64,000 nt of DNA from an uncultured Bacillota bacterium (lineage in GTDB: Bacteria; Bacillota_I; Bacilli_A; RFN20; CAG-826). The notes below the pieces were generated by a model. The model saw only the letters and a list, made by a program, of their open reading frames with translations. It had not been told where the DNA came from and made no database searches. A program made the position numbers and the translations under genes. The stretch covers positions 791,561-855,560 of the forward strand of contig OX437086.1 of NCBI GenBank assembly GCA_949299565.1, given 5' to 3'. Position 1 is the first letter of the stretch. Each line of letters starts with the position of its first letter. Of this stretch, positions 50,235 to 58,370 are shown piece by piece.

Positions 50235-50897
50235 ATGCTTAAAAAGAAACAAGGAAGTATCGGAATCATTGGTTTAGGCAAATTCGGAATGTGCCTAGCT
50301 CAAGAACTTGTTAAATGTAACAAGACTATCGTTTGCTTTGATAAAGATGAGGCGAAAGTCCAAAAGGCGATGGCTTTCTCTGAATATTGTTTTGTCAGCG
50401 AAGACCTTTCAACTGAAACGCTTGAAGAGATGGGTTTTAAAGAGTGCACGATGATCATTGTCTGTATTGGCGAACATATGGATACGGCGATCCTCGCAAC
50501 TCTAAACGCTTTGAATCTTGGGGTGGAACACGTAATCGCGATGTCAAACACGGAAGAACTAGGCTTAGTTTTAGAGAAACTAGGAGCCGAGGTTATCTAC
50601 CCCTATATTGACTCGGTCGATAAATTAGTTAAGCGCATCATCAGCGATAACCTTTTAGATTTCATTTCTCTCAACGAAGAAGTTGAAATCTCGGAGGTCG
50701 CCATTCCGAAAAGTTACATTGGCAAAGCTATTGAAAACACTGATATCCGAAGCCGTTATGGATTAAATATCATTGCCCTCAAACGCGAAAACGCCATCAA
50801 GATTAAAATCGACCCAAAATATATTTTAAATTCCAGCGATCGTTTAATTGTTTTAGGCGAAAAGGTTCAGATTCGAAAATTTGAGGCTAAACGCTAA
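50235..50897 (+). CDS. ktrA: TrkA/KtrA-family RCK (NAD-binding) regulatory subunit
   Basis: IGIIGLGKFG Rossmann motif plus a C-terminal TrkA_C-like domain. Adjacent to ktrB. Confidence 0.8.
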   Translation: MLKKKQGSIGIIGLGKFGMCLAQELVKCNKTIVCFDKDEAKVQKAMAFSEYCFVSEDLSTETLEEMGFKECTMIIVCIGEHMDTAILATLNALNLGVEHVIAMSNTEELGLVLEKLGAEVIYPYIDSVDKLVKRIISDNLLDFISLNEEVEISEVAIPKSYIGKAIENTDIRSRYGLNIIALKRENAIKIKIDPKYILNSSDRLIVLGEKVQIRKFEAKR

Positions 50898-50954
50898 AAA
50901 TAACTAAAACACTTTCTTCTCTTTTAAGCGTAGAAAAACACAAAAAACCACGGA

Positions 50955-50983
50955 GCGTTGCATGCAACGCATCGTTTCTTTTT
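50955..50983 (+). terminator. Probable terminator after ktrA
   Basis: Palindrome GCGTTGCATGCAACGC followed by a T-rich run. Confidence 0.4.
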
Positions 50984-51027
50984 AAAGTTCTGAATGTAGG
51001 ATAAAACCTAGGCAGGAGGTTGTTAAA

Positions 51028-51801
51028 ATGAAAACAACAGGAAAAATTATTGCCGAACTTCGGAAAGAAAAAGGGCTGAGTCAAGAAGAATTAGCTAACT
51101 CTTTGTTTGTTACGCGACAAGCAATTAGCAAATGGGAGTCCGATAACGGATCACCAGACATCAATAATTTGCAAAGAATCGCGGAGTTTTTTAATGTCTC
51201 AATCGATTACCTTTTAGGAAAAGAAAACACGCATAACGAGAAAGCCGTTCCTATTCAAGAAACTAACCAAAAGCCTCTTTCAAAAGTTCAAACCAAAAAG
51301 ATTGGTGACGTGAAGAAAAAAATCGGTCGAGCATTCGGCCTTCTGCTTCTGGTCTCTTTAATTCTTCTAATAACGGGGATTTTTGTCCCTTACTTCTCTT
51401 TTGGAAGTTTGAGCGTCAATCTTATGGACTTATTCCAACGTGAATATAATTCGATGCAAGTGACGCTTTTTGCAATTGGCTTATTTTTAACTTTCATCGC
51501 CTTTTTTATCGGTGGCTACAAAAGCGCGAAAAGCCGTTACCCAAAAAAGCCTCTTCTTTATTTGATTTCTATCACCGCTACTTCTCTACTAGGTCTGATT
51601 CTCGGAATTGTCGGTCTTGCAATGATTAAAGCAACCGACGACCCGACAATGATCGTTGAGCCCAATGGTGCCGGCCCTTATTTGGTTATTATCGCTTTCG
51701 TCTTTATCGTCGGTATCTCTTTAACAAACACAATTTTCACCTATCTTCTCGCCAACGGAAAAGTAAATGAAACTAAACTCTTCAAAAGCGAAGAAAACTG
51801 A
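51028..51801 (+). CDS. XRE-family HTH regulator fused to a multi-TM membrane domain
   Basis: IAELRKEKGLSQEELANSLFVTRQAISKWESDNGSPD, followed by hydrophobic helices. RBS AGGAGG. Confidence 0.65.
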   Translation: MKTTGKIIAELRKEKGLSQEELANSLFVTRQAISKWESDNGSPDINNLQRIAEFFNVSIDYLLGKENTHNEKAVPIQETNQKPLSKVQTKKIGDVKKKIGRAFGLLLLVSLILLITGIFVPYFSFGSLSVNLMDLFQREYNSMQVTLFAIGLFLTFIAFFIGGYKSAKSRYPKKPLLYLISITATSLLGLILGIVGLAMIKATDDPTMIVEPNGAGPYLVIIAFVFIVGISLTNTIFTYLLANGKVNETKLFKSEEN

Positions 51802-51805
51802 AGAC

Positions 51806-52777
51806 TTAATTTCCGCGATCCAAAGCTCCGACTACAGGGTGCGGAAGATATAATTCTTCAAGATATTGCTTATCTTCGGTACTGAGTTCCAACTTTAAAG
51901 AGGAGACAGCGTCATCAATATATTTAGTCTTGGTCGCTCCTAATAAAATAGAAGCGACCGGTTTTTTAGATAAAAGCCATGATAAGGCCACCGCGCTTTG
52001 CGAGACACCGTATTTAAGAGATAATTCGTGGACTCGCTCGACAATCGGCATATCGATTTCGCGATTTGCATCATATTTTTTCTTGGCGAATGCATCAATT
52101 TTGCTTCTTTTGGTATCGCTTTCCCAAAGGCGCGATAAACGCCCGCCAGCGAGAGGCGAATAAGGCGTTGAAGAAACTCCTTCTTCCAAAAGGAGTTTCA
52201 TCATCTCGCGTTCTTCTTCGCGATATATCAAGTTGTAATGGTTTTGCATCGAAATGAAGGGCGTCCAATGATGATAACGGGCAACGTCTTGCATCTTCGC
52301 GAACTGATAAGCATACATTGCGCTCGCGCCAATATAACGCACCTTCCCTTCTTTAATAACCTCATTGAGTGCTTTCATCGTTTCTTCAATCGGCGTCTCA
52401 TAATCGAAACGATGAATTATCAAAAGGTCAATGTAATCCATTCCTAATCTCTTCAATGAGTTTTCAACTTCGCGGTGAATAGCCTCTTTCTTCAATTTGC
52501 CGTCATTGAAATAAACCTTCGTCGCAACAATGACTTCGTCTCTTTTTGCTAATTTTTTAAGAGCTTGGCCTAAGTAGATTTCACTGCTGCCATTCGAATA
52601 GCAATTTGCAGTATCAAAAAAGTTAATTCCTTTTTCAAGCGCGTATTTGATGATTGCTTCGCTTTCTTCATAACCTAATGCCCAATTCTGCATTCCGCTC
52701 CCATCACCAAACGACATGCAACCCAAACAAATCCGTGAAGCATTTAACGACGAATTTCCTAATCTGACGTAGTCCAT
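51806..52777 (-). CDS. Aldo/keto reductase
   Basis: LGCMSFG, INFFDTANCYSNG.SE, KVRYIGASAM, plus AKR family length. Confidence 0.85.
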   Translation of the reverse strand: MDYVRLGNSSLNASRICLGCMSFGDGSGMQNWALGYEESEAIIKYALEKGINFFDTANCYSNGSSEIYLGQALKKLAKRDEVIVATKVYFNDGKLKKEAIHREVENSLKRLGMDYIDLLIIHRFDYETPIEETMKALNEVIKEGKVRYIGASAMYAYQFAKMQDVARYHHWTPFISMQNHYNLIYREEEREMMKLLLEEGVSSTPYSPLAGGRLSRLWESDTKRSKIDAFAKKKYDANREIDMPIVERVHELSLKYGVSQSAVALSWLLSKKPVASILLGATKTKYIDDAVSSLKLELSTEDKQYLEELYLPHPVVGALDRGN

Positions 52778-52851
52778 CTTTTTTCTCCTCCTTTTAAATT
52801 TTATTAAGGAGTGATTATGAAAAAAATCTTGAAGACAACTTTAAGTAGCAA

Positions 52852-53196
52852 TTAAAGAGAAAGGACGAGAAAAATTAAGAAGTAAGGAAGAGCGCTTTCT
52901 AACGCATAAAAGAACGTGAAAGAGAGATTATAAGTCACGGTGCGAGGCGCTAAACGTTCATGGTAAAAAAGAATAAACGGCAGCAAAAGCGGAAGATAAA
53001 GCATTCCCCTGAGTGACAAAAGGTTACTCAATTCCTCATTTTTCATAAGAATTAAAGCCAGAAGAAAGATTACAAGAAAAAGGAAACTTGCGAGAATGTT
53101 TTTCGCGTGTTGATAACGATTGCTGTATCGATAAATAGCAAATTGCTCTTCTCCGTATTTTCTTAAGAAAAAACGATCAATCGCTTTGTGCCCCAA
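52852..53196 (-). CDS. Membrane protein segment, unknown function (4th ORF of an overlapping chain; TTG start)
   Basis: 114 aa hydrophobic ORF. It overlaps the previous ORF by 20 nt at a TTTTGGGG run. Confidence 0.35.
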   Translation of the reverse strand: MGHKAIDRFFLRKYGEEQFAIYRYSNRYQHAKNILASFLFLVIFLLALILMKNEELSNLLSLRGMLYLPLLLPFILFYHERLAPRTVTYNLSFTFFYALESALPYFLIFLVLSL

Positions 53197-53878
53197 AATT
53201 AAAAGATTGCAAAAAGGAATAAGGAAGCGCGCTCGACGCGCACAATGAATGCAAATATTGGTTGAACTCCACTATATCAAACACTATTAAAAATTCATAA
53301 ATAAAAGAAAATAAGAGGAAAGCCACTGGCAATAAAACCATACTCCGAAAGAAGAAAAAAGCAGCCTTCGTTTTCTTTTTGGGCTCAATAAAAAGGAAGC
53401 AAGCAAATAAAGCATAAATGCCAGTTGCAAAGAAAAGATTACGCGGAAAGAAGTATGTGAGTGTCGTGTTAAAAAAGTCTCCCGTCCGTGTGAAATCATA
53501 AATCAGAAGACATTCAAAACCATAAAAGAAAAGACCGAAAGTAAGAAAGAGAATCGCGGTTTTTAGAATTCGCCTCTTGAAGAAACGCAGATTCAAATTC
53601 AAGAAGAGAATCGCAATGTTCATAAGTGGCAACATCGTTTCTAAAATCTCGATGAAAACTTCAAAAAATGGAGAAGAAGCTAAATCAGTGAGCATAAAAA
53701 CGTTGAGGAAATTTAAAAACGGTGACAATGAAGAAACACCGTATAAGAGGAGAAAAAAGACAATCAAAAACTCTTCCTTGAAGAAAGGAGAAAATCCTAA
53801 GTCTTTCGGCAAAGAATGCTTGTTTATCTCAATGCTTCTTTTTTCTTCCATAGCCCGTAAAATCTTATAACCGCGCAT
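53177..53878 (-). CDS. Polytopic membrane protein segment, unknown function (3rd ORF of the chain)
   Basis: 233 aa with several TM helices. It overlaps the upstream ORF by 55 nt across an A6 run. Confidence 0.4.
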   Translation of the reverse strand: MRGYKILRAMEEKRSIEINKHSLPKDLGFSPFFKEEFLIVFFLLLYGVSSLSPFLNFLNVFMLTDLASSPFFEVFIEILETMLPLMNIAILFLNLNLRFFKRRILKTAILFLTFGLFFYGFECLLIYDFTRTGDFFNTTLTYFFPRNLFFATGIYALFACFLFIEPKKKTKAAFFFFRSMVLLPVAFLLFSFIYEFLIVFDIVEFNQYLHSLCASSALPYSFLQSFNFGAQSD

Positions 53879-54141
53879 AAAAACGTCATAAATCCGAGAA
53901 GATAACTGACATATGTGAAAACCGATTCATGATCATAAACTTTTAAATTTCCTTCTTGCATCTTTTGAAAGAGAAGATCCATTTCTAAAGTCAAAGAAAA
54001 ATTCTCTTGCAATGAAGAATTAATGATTTTCATTCCGACATTTAACGTTTCTTCAATAAAGGCTTCCTCATCTGCTATAGATAAAGCGTCAATAAGGTAT
54101 CGTCCTTCTACTGAATCATAAATTATAAGACAGAAGATCAA
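53824..54141 (-). CDS. Soluble domain plus C-terminal TM segment, unknown function (2nd ORF of the chain; TTG start)
   Basis: 105 aa. Its frame opens only about 9 nt before its TTG, and it overlaps the upstream ORF by 26 nt. Confidence 0.35.
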   Translation of the reverse strand: MIFCLIIYDSVEGRYLIDALSIADEEAFIEETLNVGMKIINSSLQENFSLTLEMDLLFQKMQEGNLKVYDHESVFTYVSYLLGFMTFLCAVIRFYGLWKKKEALR

Positions 54142-54703
54142 ATCCGCTTAAAAAGAAGCTGCCCTTGCTATCAAAAAGATTGCTCATAAAAGTGAAATTA
54201 CATTCATATCCTGAATAAGGAAAATAAGACGCGATGCTTGTAGAACCATATTCATGAGGGAAAGTAGAATAAATTATCTCGGCTTCCTCCTCCGTTAAAG
54301 AACATTCATAACGTCCGTCTTCTTCTAATTTTCCTTGTTCAACAATCGCCTGATTCAATGACACAAGCTCCTCCTCATAGAAAGCAGGATGAGCGTAAAA
54401 ATCAGGAAGCGCCTCAAAAAGCGAAAAAAGCGCCGAAATAAAGAAAACGAAAGACAATGTAAGAGAAGAAAACGAAATAATCTTCCATGGTCTCCTTTTT
54501 AAAGAAACTTGTGCTTTTTCTTTTTCTGAATAAGGGCATGGATAAAGAAAGTCTTCTTCTCCGTCATATTCTTCCTTCTTAATTTTTAAGGTTTTAAGAA
54601 GTTTCTCTTTCTCCTTTTTATGCGGTTTTGCATACCCCATTTCTAACGCATAAAGACGTTTTTTAGAAATGGAAGCAAGAAGAGATAATTCATCCAAGTT
54701 CAA
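54116..54703 (-). CDS. XRE-like HTH plus a single TM plus an extracytoplasmic segment (1st ORF of the chain; TTG start)
   Basis: (KREALL)LNLDELSLLASISKKRLYALEMGYAKP resembles a Cro/C1 HTH. A TM helix follows at WKIISFSSLTLSFVFFISALFSLF. Confidence 0.4.
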   Translation of the reverse strand: MNLDELSLLASISKKRLYALEMGYAKPHKKEKEKLLKTLKIKKEEYDGEEDFLYPCPYSEKEKAQVSLKRRPWKIISFSSLTLSFVFFISALFSLFEALPDFYAHPAFYEEELVSLNQAIVEQGKLEEDGRYECSLTEEEAEIIYSTFPHEYGSTSIASYFPYSGYECNFTFMSNLFDSKGSFFLSGFDLLSYNL

Positions 54704-54751
54704 AAGAAGAGCTTCTCTTTTTCACGGATTAAGCGATTAAATTCGAGATGG

Positions 54752-55465
54752 CTATTCATGATCTTTTCTTTTCTCGATGAAGGCTTTTATATCATCTTTT
54801 TTCTTTTTCGACCACTCCTTCACGGAATCAGATAAGGAGGTTCCGAGGAACGGGAAGAAGAATTTTAGTTTCTCTTTATTTTGCTTTCTCTTCTCATTGA
54901 TGCTGGCTTTTAATTCTTCATAATGAACGGCGATTTTGAATTGAGCGGCTGCTTGACGAATCTTGAGAGAAACTTTGAAACTGAGACAAAGATCGATGAA
55001 GAAAATGCCATAAAAAAATCCCATCGCGAAGATTAACCAAAGATGAGTGGCAGCATATGTTGCAGCAACATTCAAAGGCTCATAAAGAAGATAGACGAAA
55101 AGCGCGGCGACAACTCCCCAAAGCAACGAGAAAAGCGGACAAATGATTCCTTGAATATTCCCCCACTGCTTAGAATAATCCCAGAGCTTGATCTTCATGC
55201 CCTTGATAAAAATTAGACCTGTCAAATATTCAAGAAGCGTCAAAGCGACAAAAAGCAAAAGAACAAGCGCCCAACGCGGAAGCGGGATTTGACAAAAACC
55301 ATAAAGAATCGCAGTCCCAACTCCGTACATCGGTAAATACGGCCCGTTTAAAAAACCCGGATTAATCCATTTCTTGATGCTAAAGAAGCGCCGAAAGAAA
55401 ACCTCTAAAACCCAGCCGCATAAAGAGCCAATCATGAAAAGAAACGTTAGTTCAAAGAAAATCAT
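54752..55465 (-). CDS. Polytopic membrane protein of the putative ABC-transporter type IV (CmpB/DUF1113-like) family
   Basis: The N-terminus FFELTFLFMIGSLCGWVLEVFFRR....KWINPGFLNGPYLPMYG matches my memory of this family. Confidence 0.5.
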   Translation of the reverse strand: MIFFELTFLFMIGSLCGWVLEVFFRRFFSIKKWINPGFLNGPYLPMYGVGTAILYGFCQIPLPRWALVLLLFVALTLLEYLTGLIFIKGMKIKLWDYSKQWGNIQGIICPLFSLLWGVVAALFVYLLYEPLNVAATYAATHLWLIFAMGFFYGIFFIDLCLSFKVSLKIRQAAAQFKIAVHYEELKASINEKRKQNKEKLKFFFPFLGTSLSDSVKEWSKKKKDDIKAFIEKRKDHE

Positions 55466-55563
55466 ATTTAATAAATACCTTATTTGATTGTCTCTATCTA
55501 GACTTTTTATTTCTAATTACAAAAAAATCCCCACAAAACCCGCTTCTATTTAATATTAAAATA

Positions 55564-56058
55564 TTATTTACTACCAAATAGATAAAGGAAACAATGAAAC
55601 CTTCCATAAGCGAAGTCCCTAGTATCAAAAAGAAGGAAGGCGTTGTTACGATAGAATTTAATCGCCGGTTCGTTGATTAAATGAACAAGGATCCCTAATC
55701 CTTCTTTATCTCTTCTTTTAGCTTCTTCCTTTAAATAGGAAATCATTTGTCTACCAACGCCCTTCCCTTGAAACGTCGGTTTTACCATGAAGCGTGAGAA
55801 AGCTAGAATGTCATATGGATACACTTTTTCTCCAAACGCTTCCTCTTGTTCTTCAATCACGAAATAACCGATGATTTCTTCTTTATGAAGAACGACTCTC
55901 GCGCGGCCTTTCTCAATATCTTCTTCTATCAGTTCATGACTCGGATATTCATCATTCCAAATCGGGAGATTATTGTCGTTTAAGTTGTCAATCGTTAAAG
56001 AAAGAAGTTCAATCACTGAATCTAAATCTTCTTTATTTGCCTCTTTTATCAAACACAT
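55564..56058 (-). CDS. GNAT-family N-acetyltransferase
   Basis: 164 aa. FMVKPTFQGKGVGRQMISYL is the acetyl-CoA binding motif A (Q/RxxGxG/A). Confidence 0.8.
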   Translation of the reverse strand: MCLIKEANKEDLDSVIELLSLTIDNLNDNNLPIWNDEYPSHELIEEDIEKGRARVVLHKEEIIGYFVIEEQEEAFGEKVYPYDILAFSRFMVKPTFQGKGVGRQMISYLKEEAKRRDKEGLGILVHLINEPAIKFYRNNAFLLFDTRDFAYGRFHCFLYLFGSK

Positions 56059-56182
56059 GCGGATACTTTATAGAAGAATAAGAAGAGAGAAAAGACCTAT
56101 TCTCCAAAAATAAAAAGAGAAAGAGAATTAATCCTAAAAAATTTCCGTTAACATCTAAACATAGAGAAGGAAAAGCAAGCTT

Positions 56183-57307
56183 ATGTTTCGTTTAATTGAA
56201 GTTAAAAATCGGAAAGAAATTCATGATTTCCTAAATTTCCCTCTAAAACTTTACAAAGGTAATCCATATTTTGTCCCTCCTTTATATCGTGATGAAAAGA
56301 AGATCTTTGACAAAAATGACTACCGTTTATCTAACAACAAAGTCGCTTTCTATGCGGTCTATGAAAACAAAAAAATCGTCGGGAGAATTCAAGCGATTCT
56401 TTCTATGACATCTAATGAGAAAAGAAAACAAAAACGTGTGCGTTTTACGCGATTCGATGCGATTGATAATCAAGAGGTCGCTCACTTCTTATTTGAAGCA
56501 GTCAAAGAGTTCGCGCTCTCTAATGAGATGGAAGAAATCGTCGGACCGCTCGGCTATAACGATTTAGATCGTGAAGGTCTTCTTATCGAAGGATTTAACG
56601 AGTTAAGTACTTTCGAAGAGCAGTACAACTATCCATACTACCAAAAACTTATTGAAAATGAGGGTTTCCATAAAGAAGTCGATTGGGTCGAAAGAAAGAT
56701 TATCGCGCCAAAAGAATGCGACCAAAAAATCGTAGAAATTACGGATTTAATGATGAGAAGAAATAATCTCCACCTAATTAAAGGTTTAAAAGCGCGTGAG
56801 TTAATTAGAAAATATGGGGACGGGTTCTTTAACCTAGTTGACGAAGCTTATAAAGATTTGTACATGACGATAGACTTCTCGCCAAAAGAAAGAGAAGAAT
56901 TAATTAAAACATTCAAACTGATTCTTTCTGAGAAATGGATAAGAATCATTGTTAATAGTAACGATGAGGTTGTAGGAATCGGTCTCTGTTTTCCATCTAT
57001 CGGAAAGGCTCTCCAAAAGTCGGGAGGAAGATTAACTCCTTGCGCTTTATTTAAACTAATCCGCAGCATCCATAAACCGAAAATCTTGGATTTAGGGTTA
57101 ATTGCAATCAAGAAAGAATATCAGGGCTCCGGTGTGGCATGGGCAATTCTCATAGAGCTCATAAAAATGCTAAAGAAAGAAAAAATCCAGCATTGCGAAA
57201 CGAACTTAAATCTTGAAGATAACTTTGCAATTATCAATAACTGGCACCGCTTTGATAACATTCAGCATAAAAGACGTCGTTCATTCGTTAAAAGGATATG
57301 CAAATAG
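56183..57307 (+). CDS. Two-domain GNAT-fold acyl/acetyltransferase-like protein (about 370 aa family)
   Basis: N-terminal FLNFPLKLYKGNPYFVPPL...VGRIQA...GPLGYNDLDREGLLIEGF...YNYPYYQKLIE..GF and C-terminal IKKEYQGSGVAWAIL. Family recognised from memory only. Confidence 0.5.
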   Translation: MFRLIEVKNRKEIHDFLNFPLKLYKGNPYFVPPLYRDEKKIFDKNDYRLSNNKVAFYAVYENKKIVGRIQAILSMTSNEKRKQKRVRFTRFDAIDNQEVAHFLFEAVKEFALSNEMEEIVGPLGYNDLDREGLLIEGFNELSTFEEQYNYPYYQKLIENEGFHKEVDWVERKIIAPKECDQKIVEITDLMMRRNNLHLIKGLKARELIRKYGDGFFNLVDEAYKDLYMTIDFSPKEREELIKTFKLILSEKWIRIIVNSNDEVVGIGLCFPSIGKALQKSGGRLTPCALFKLIRSIHKPKILDLGLIAIKKEYQGSGVAWAILIELIKMLKKEKIQHCETNLNLEDNFAIINNWHRFDNIQHKRRRSFVKRICK

Positions 57308-57327
57308 CCAACGAGCAAAATAATTAA

Positions 57328-57453
57328 CTAATCGTCTCCGCGATTGCTTGGATTGTCTACACGCTCGTTATCACAATGTCCGCTTCCAAATTCTGAACAT
57401 CTTTTGCCAGTATATGGGCAAGCATTCTTTCCTTCTGGCTTTTCATTAGGCAT
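57328..57453 (-). CDS. Small 41-aa Cys-containing protein (below the ORF-track cutoff)
   Basis: My translation: MPNEKPEGKNACPYTGKRCSEFGSGHCDNERVDNPSNRGDD. A strong RBS, AAAGGGGAG, lies 5-6 nt before the ATG. Confidence 0.35.
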   Translation of the reverse strand: MPNEKPEGKNACPYTGKRCSEFGSGHCDNERVDNPSNRGDD

Positions 57454-57469
57454 AATTTCTCCCCTTTAT

Positions 57470-57598
57470 TTATCGATTCATTAATTCATCTAATTGCCTG
57501 GCATATTCAGCAAAGTCATCGGTGAGTTCGATGAAAGCGCGCTCATTGATGAGACTGCTTTTTCCATAAGAATCAGTTTGTTTGCCAAATGTGATCAA
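57470..57598 (-). CDS. Possible 42-aa ORF (TTG start) between the lipoprotein gene and the Cys-peptide gene
   Basis: My translation: (M)ITFGKQTDSYGKSSLINERAFIELTDDFAEYARQLDELMNR. Its stop lies just upstream of the next RBS. Start codon and reality of the ORF are uncertain. Confidence 0.2.
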   Translation of the reverse strand: MITFGKQTDSYGKSSLINERAFIELTDDFAEYARQLDELMNR

Positions 57599-57600
57599 TA

Positions 57601-57990
57601 CTAATCGCTGCTCCCGTCTTCTACGCTTGCGATGACGCTAAAACTTTTAACACTAAATAAGTTTTCCACGTTAAAGAAAAACAGTCCGTCATTTGAAACA
57701 TTCTCAAGATAATCGGGGTCAAACGTGTAAGTTATTGTCTTCCCTTCGTATTTACCTCTTTTGACTAAATTTAATTGATAAGAATAATTCTCAGCACTAT
57801 CTGCTATTAAATTGTAGTTAACGTTTATGTAGTTCTCCTCTATATAAAAGGCTTTATTAGTAATATTCCCGTTTGAATCACTATTACCATCGCTACTGCC
57901 GTACGAAACATCGATAACATCATTAAAACCGCAATTAGATAAGACTAAAACAAGCGATAAAATTCCCGATAGCTTCGCCTTCTTGTTCAT
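57601..57990 (-). CDS. Putative lipoprotein
   Basis: Internal ATG 57990 gives MNKKAKLSGILSLVLVLSNC-GFND, a signal peptide with a relaxed lipobox, followed by an S/N/D-rich mature part. Confidence 0.55.
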   Translation of the reverse strand: MNKKAKLSGILSLVLVLSNCGFNDVIDVSYGSSDGNSDSNGNITNKAFYIEENYINVNYNLIADSAENYSYQLNLVKRGKYEGKTITYTFDPDYLENVSNDGLFFFNVENLFSVKSFSVIASVEDGSSD

Positions 57991-58323
57991 AGGCGTCTCT
58001 TCTTTATGCATATAAGCAATTAAGAGGATACCCCTCCCACGAGAAAAGCAAGCGGAACTGTAAGGAATCTTAATCACTAGTTTAGTTTTAAATCTACCAA
58101 GAATACGGACTTTCCTTTGAAACATTATCTGAGCAACACATAGTCCTTTATCTTTATCAAAGTGAACTCTTCGAATTCCAGAGGTATTGTTTTTATTTAA
58201 TTTCCTATCTTTTTTAATGCCACATAGCATTGTTCCATCAACTAGACAAAGATCTAGATTAGGAAGGGATTCTCTATGTTCTTCATTCTTGCATCCACAA
58301 GAAATAGTAACTCCTGTAGTCAA
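57991..58323 (-). pseudogene. Remnant of an AP2-domain (phage/homing-endonuclease-associated DNA-binding) protein
   Basis: NNTSGIRRVHFDKDKGLCVAQIMFQRKVRILGRFKT resembles the bacterial/phage AP2 pattern (TSG.RGV....kgkW.A.I....k...LG.F). It has no proper N- or C-terminal context and reads through into the lipoprotein ORF. Confidence 0.35.
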
Positions 58324-58370
58324 ATAAGTAGTCGGTACAAAAGGTAAAAACCTAAATTTATGTAAAATTT

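Noticed and set aside
57470-57600. Alternative 25-aa ATG ORF (MEKAVSSMSALSSNSPMTLLNMPGN) in the spacer after the lipoprotein gene.
   Set aside because: It is low-complexity and has no RBS. The overlapping TTG frame looks more protein-like, and even that one is reported only at low confidence.
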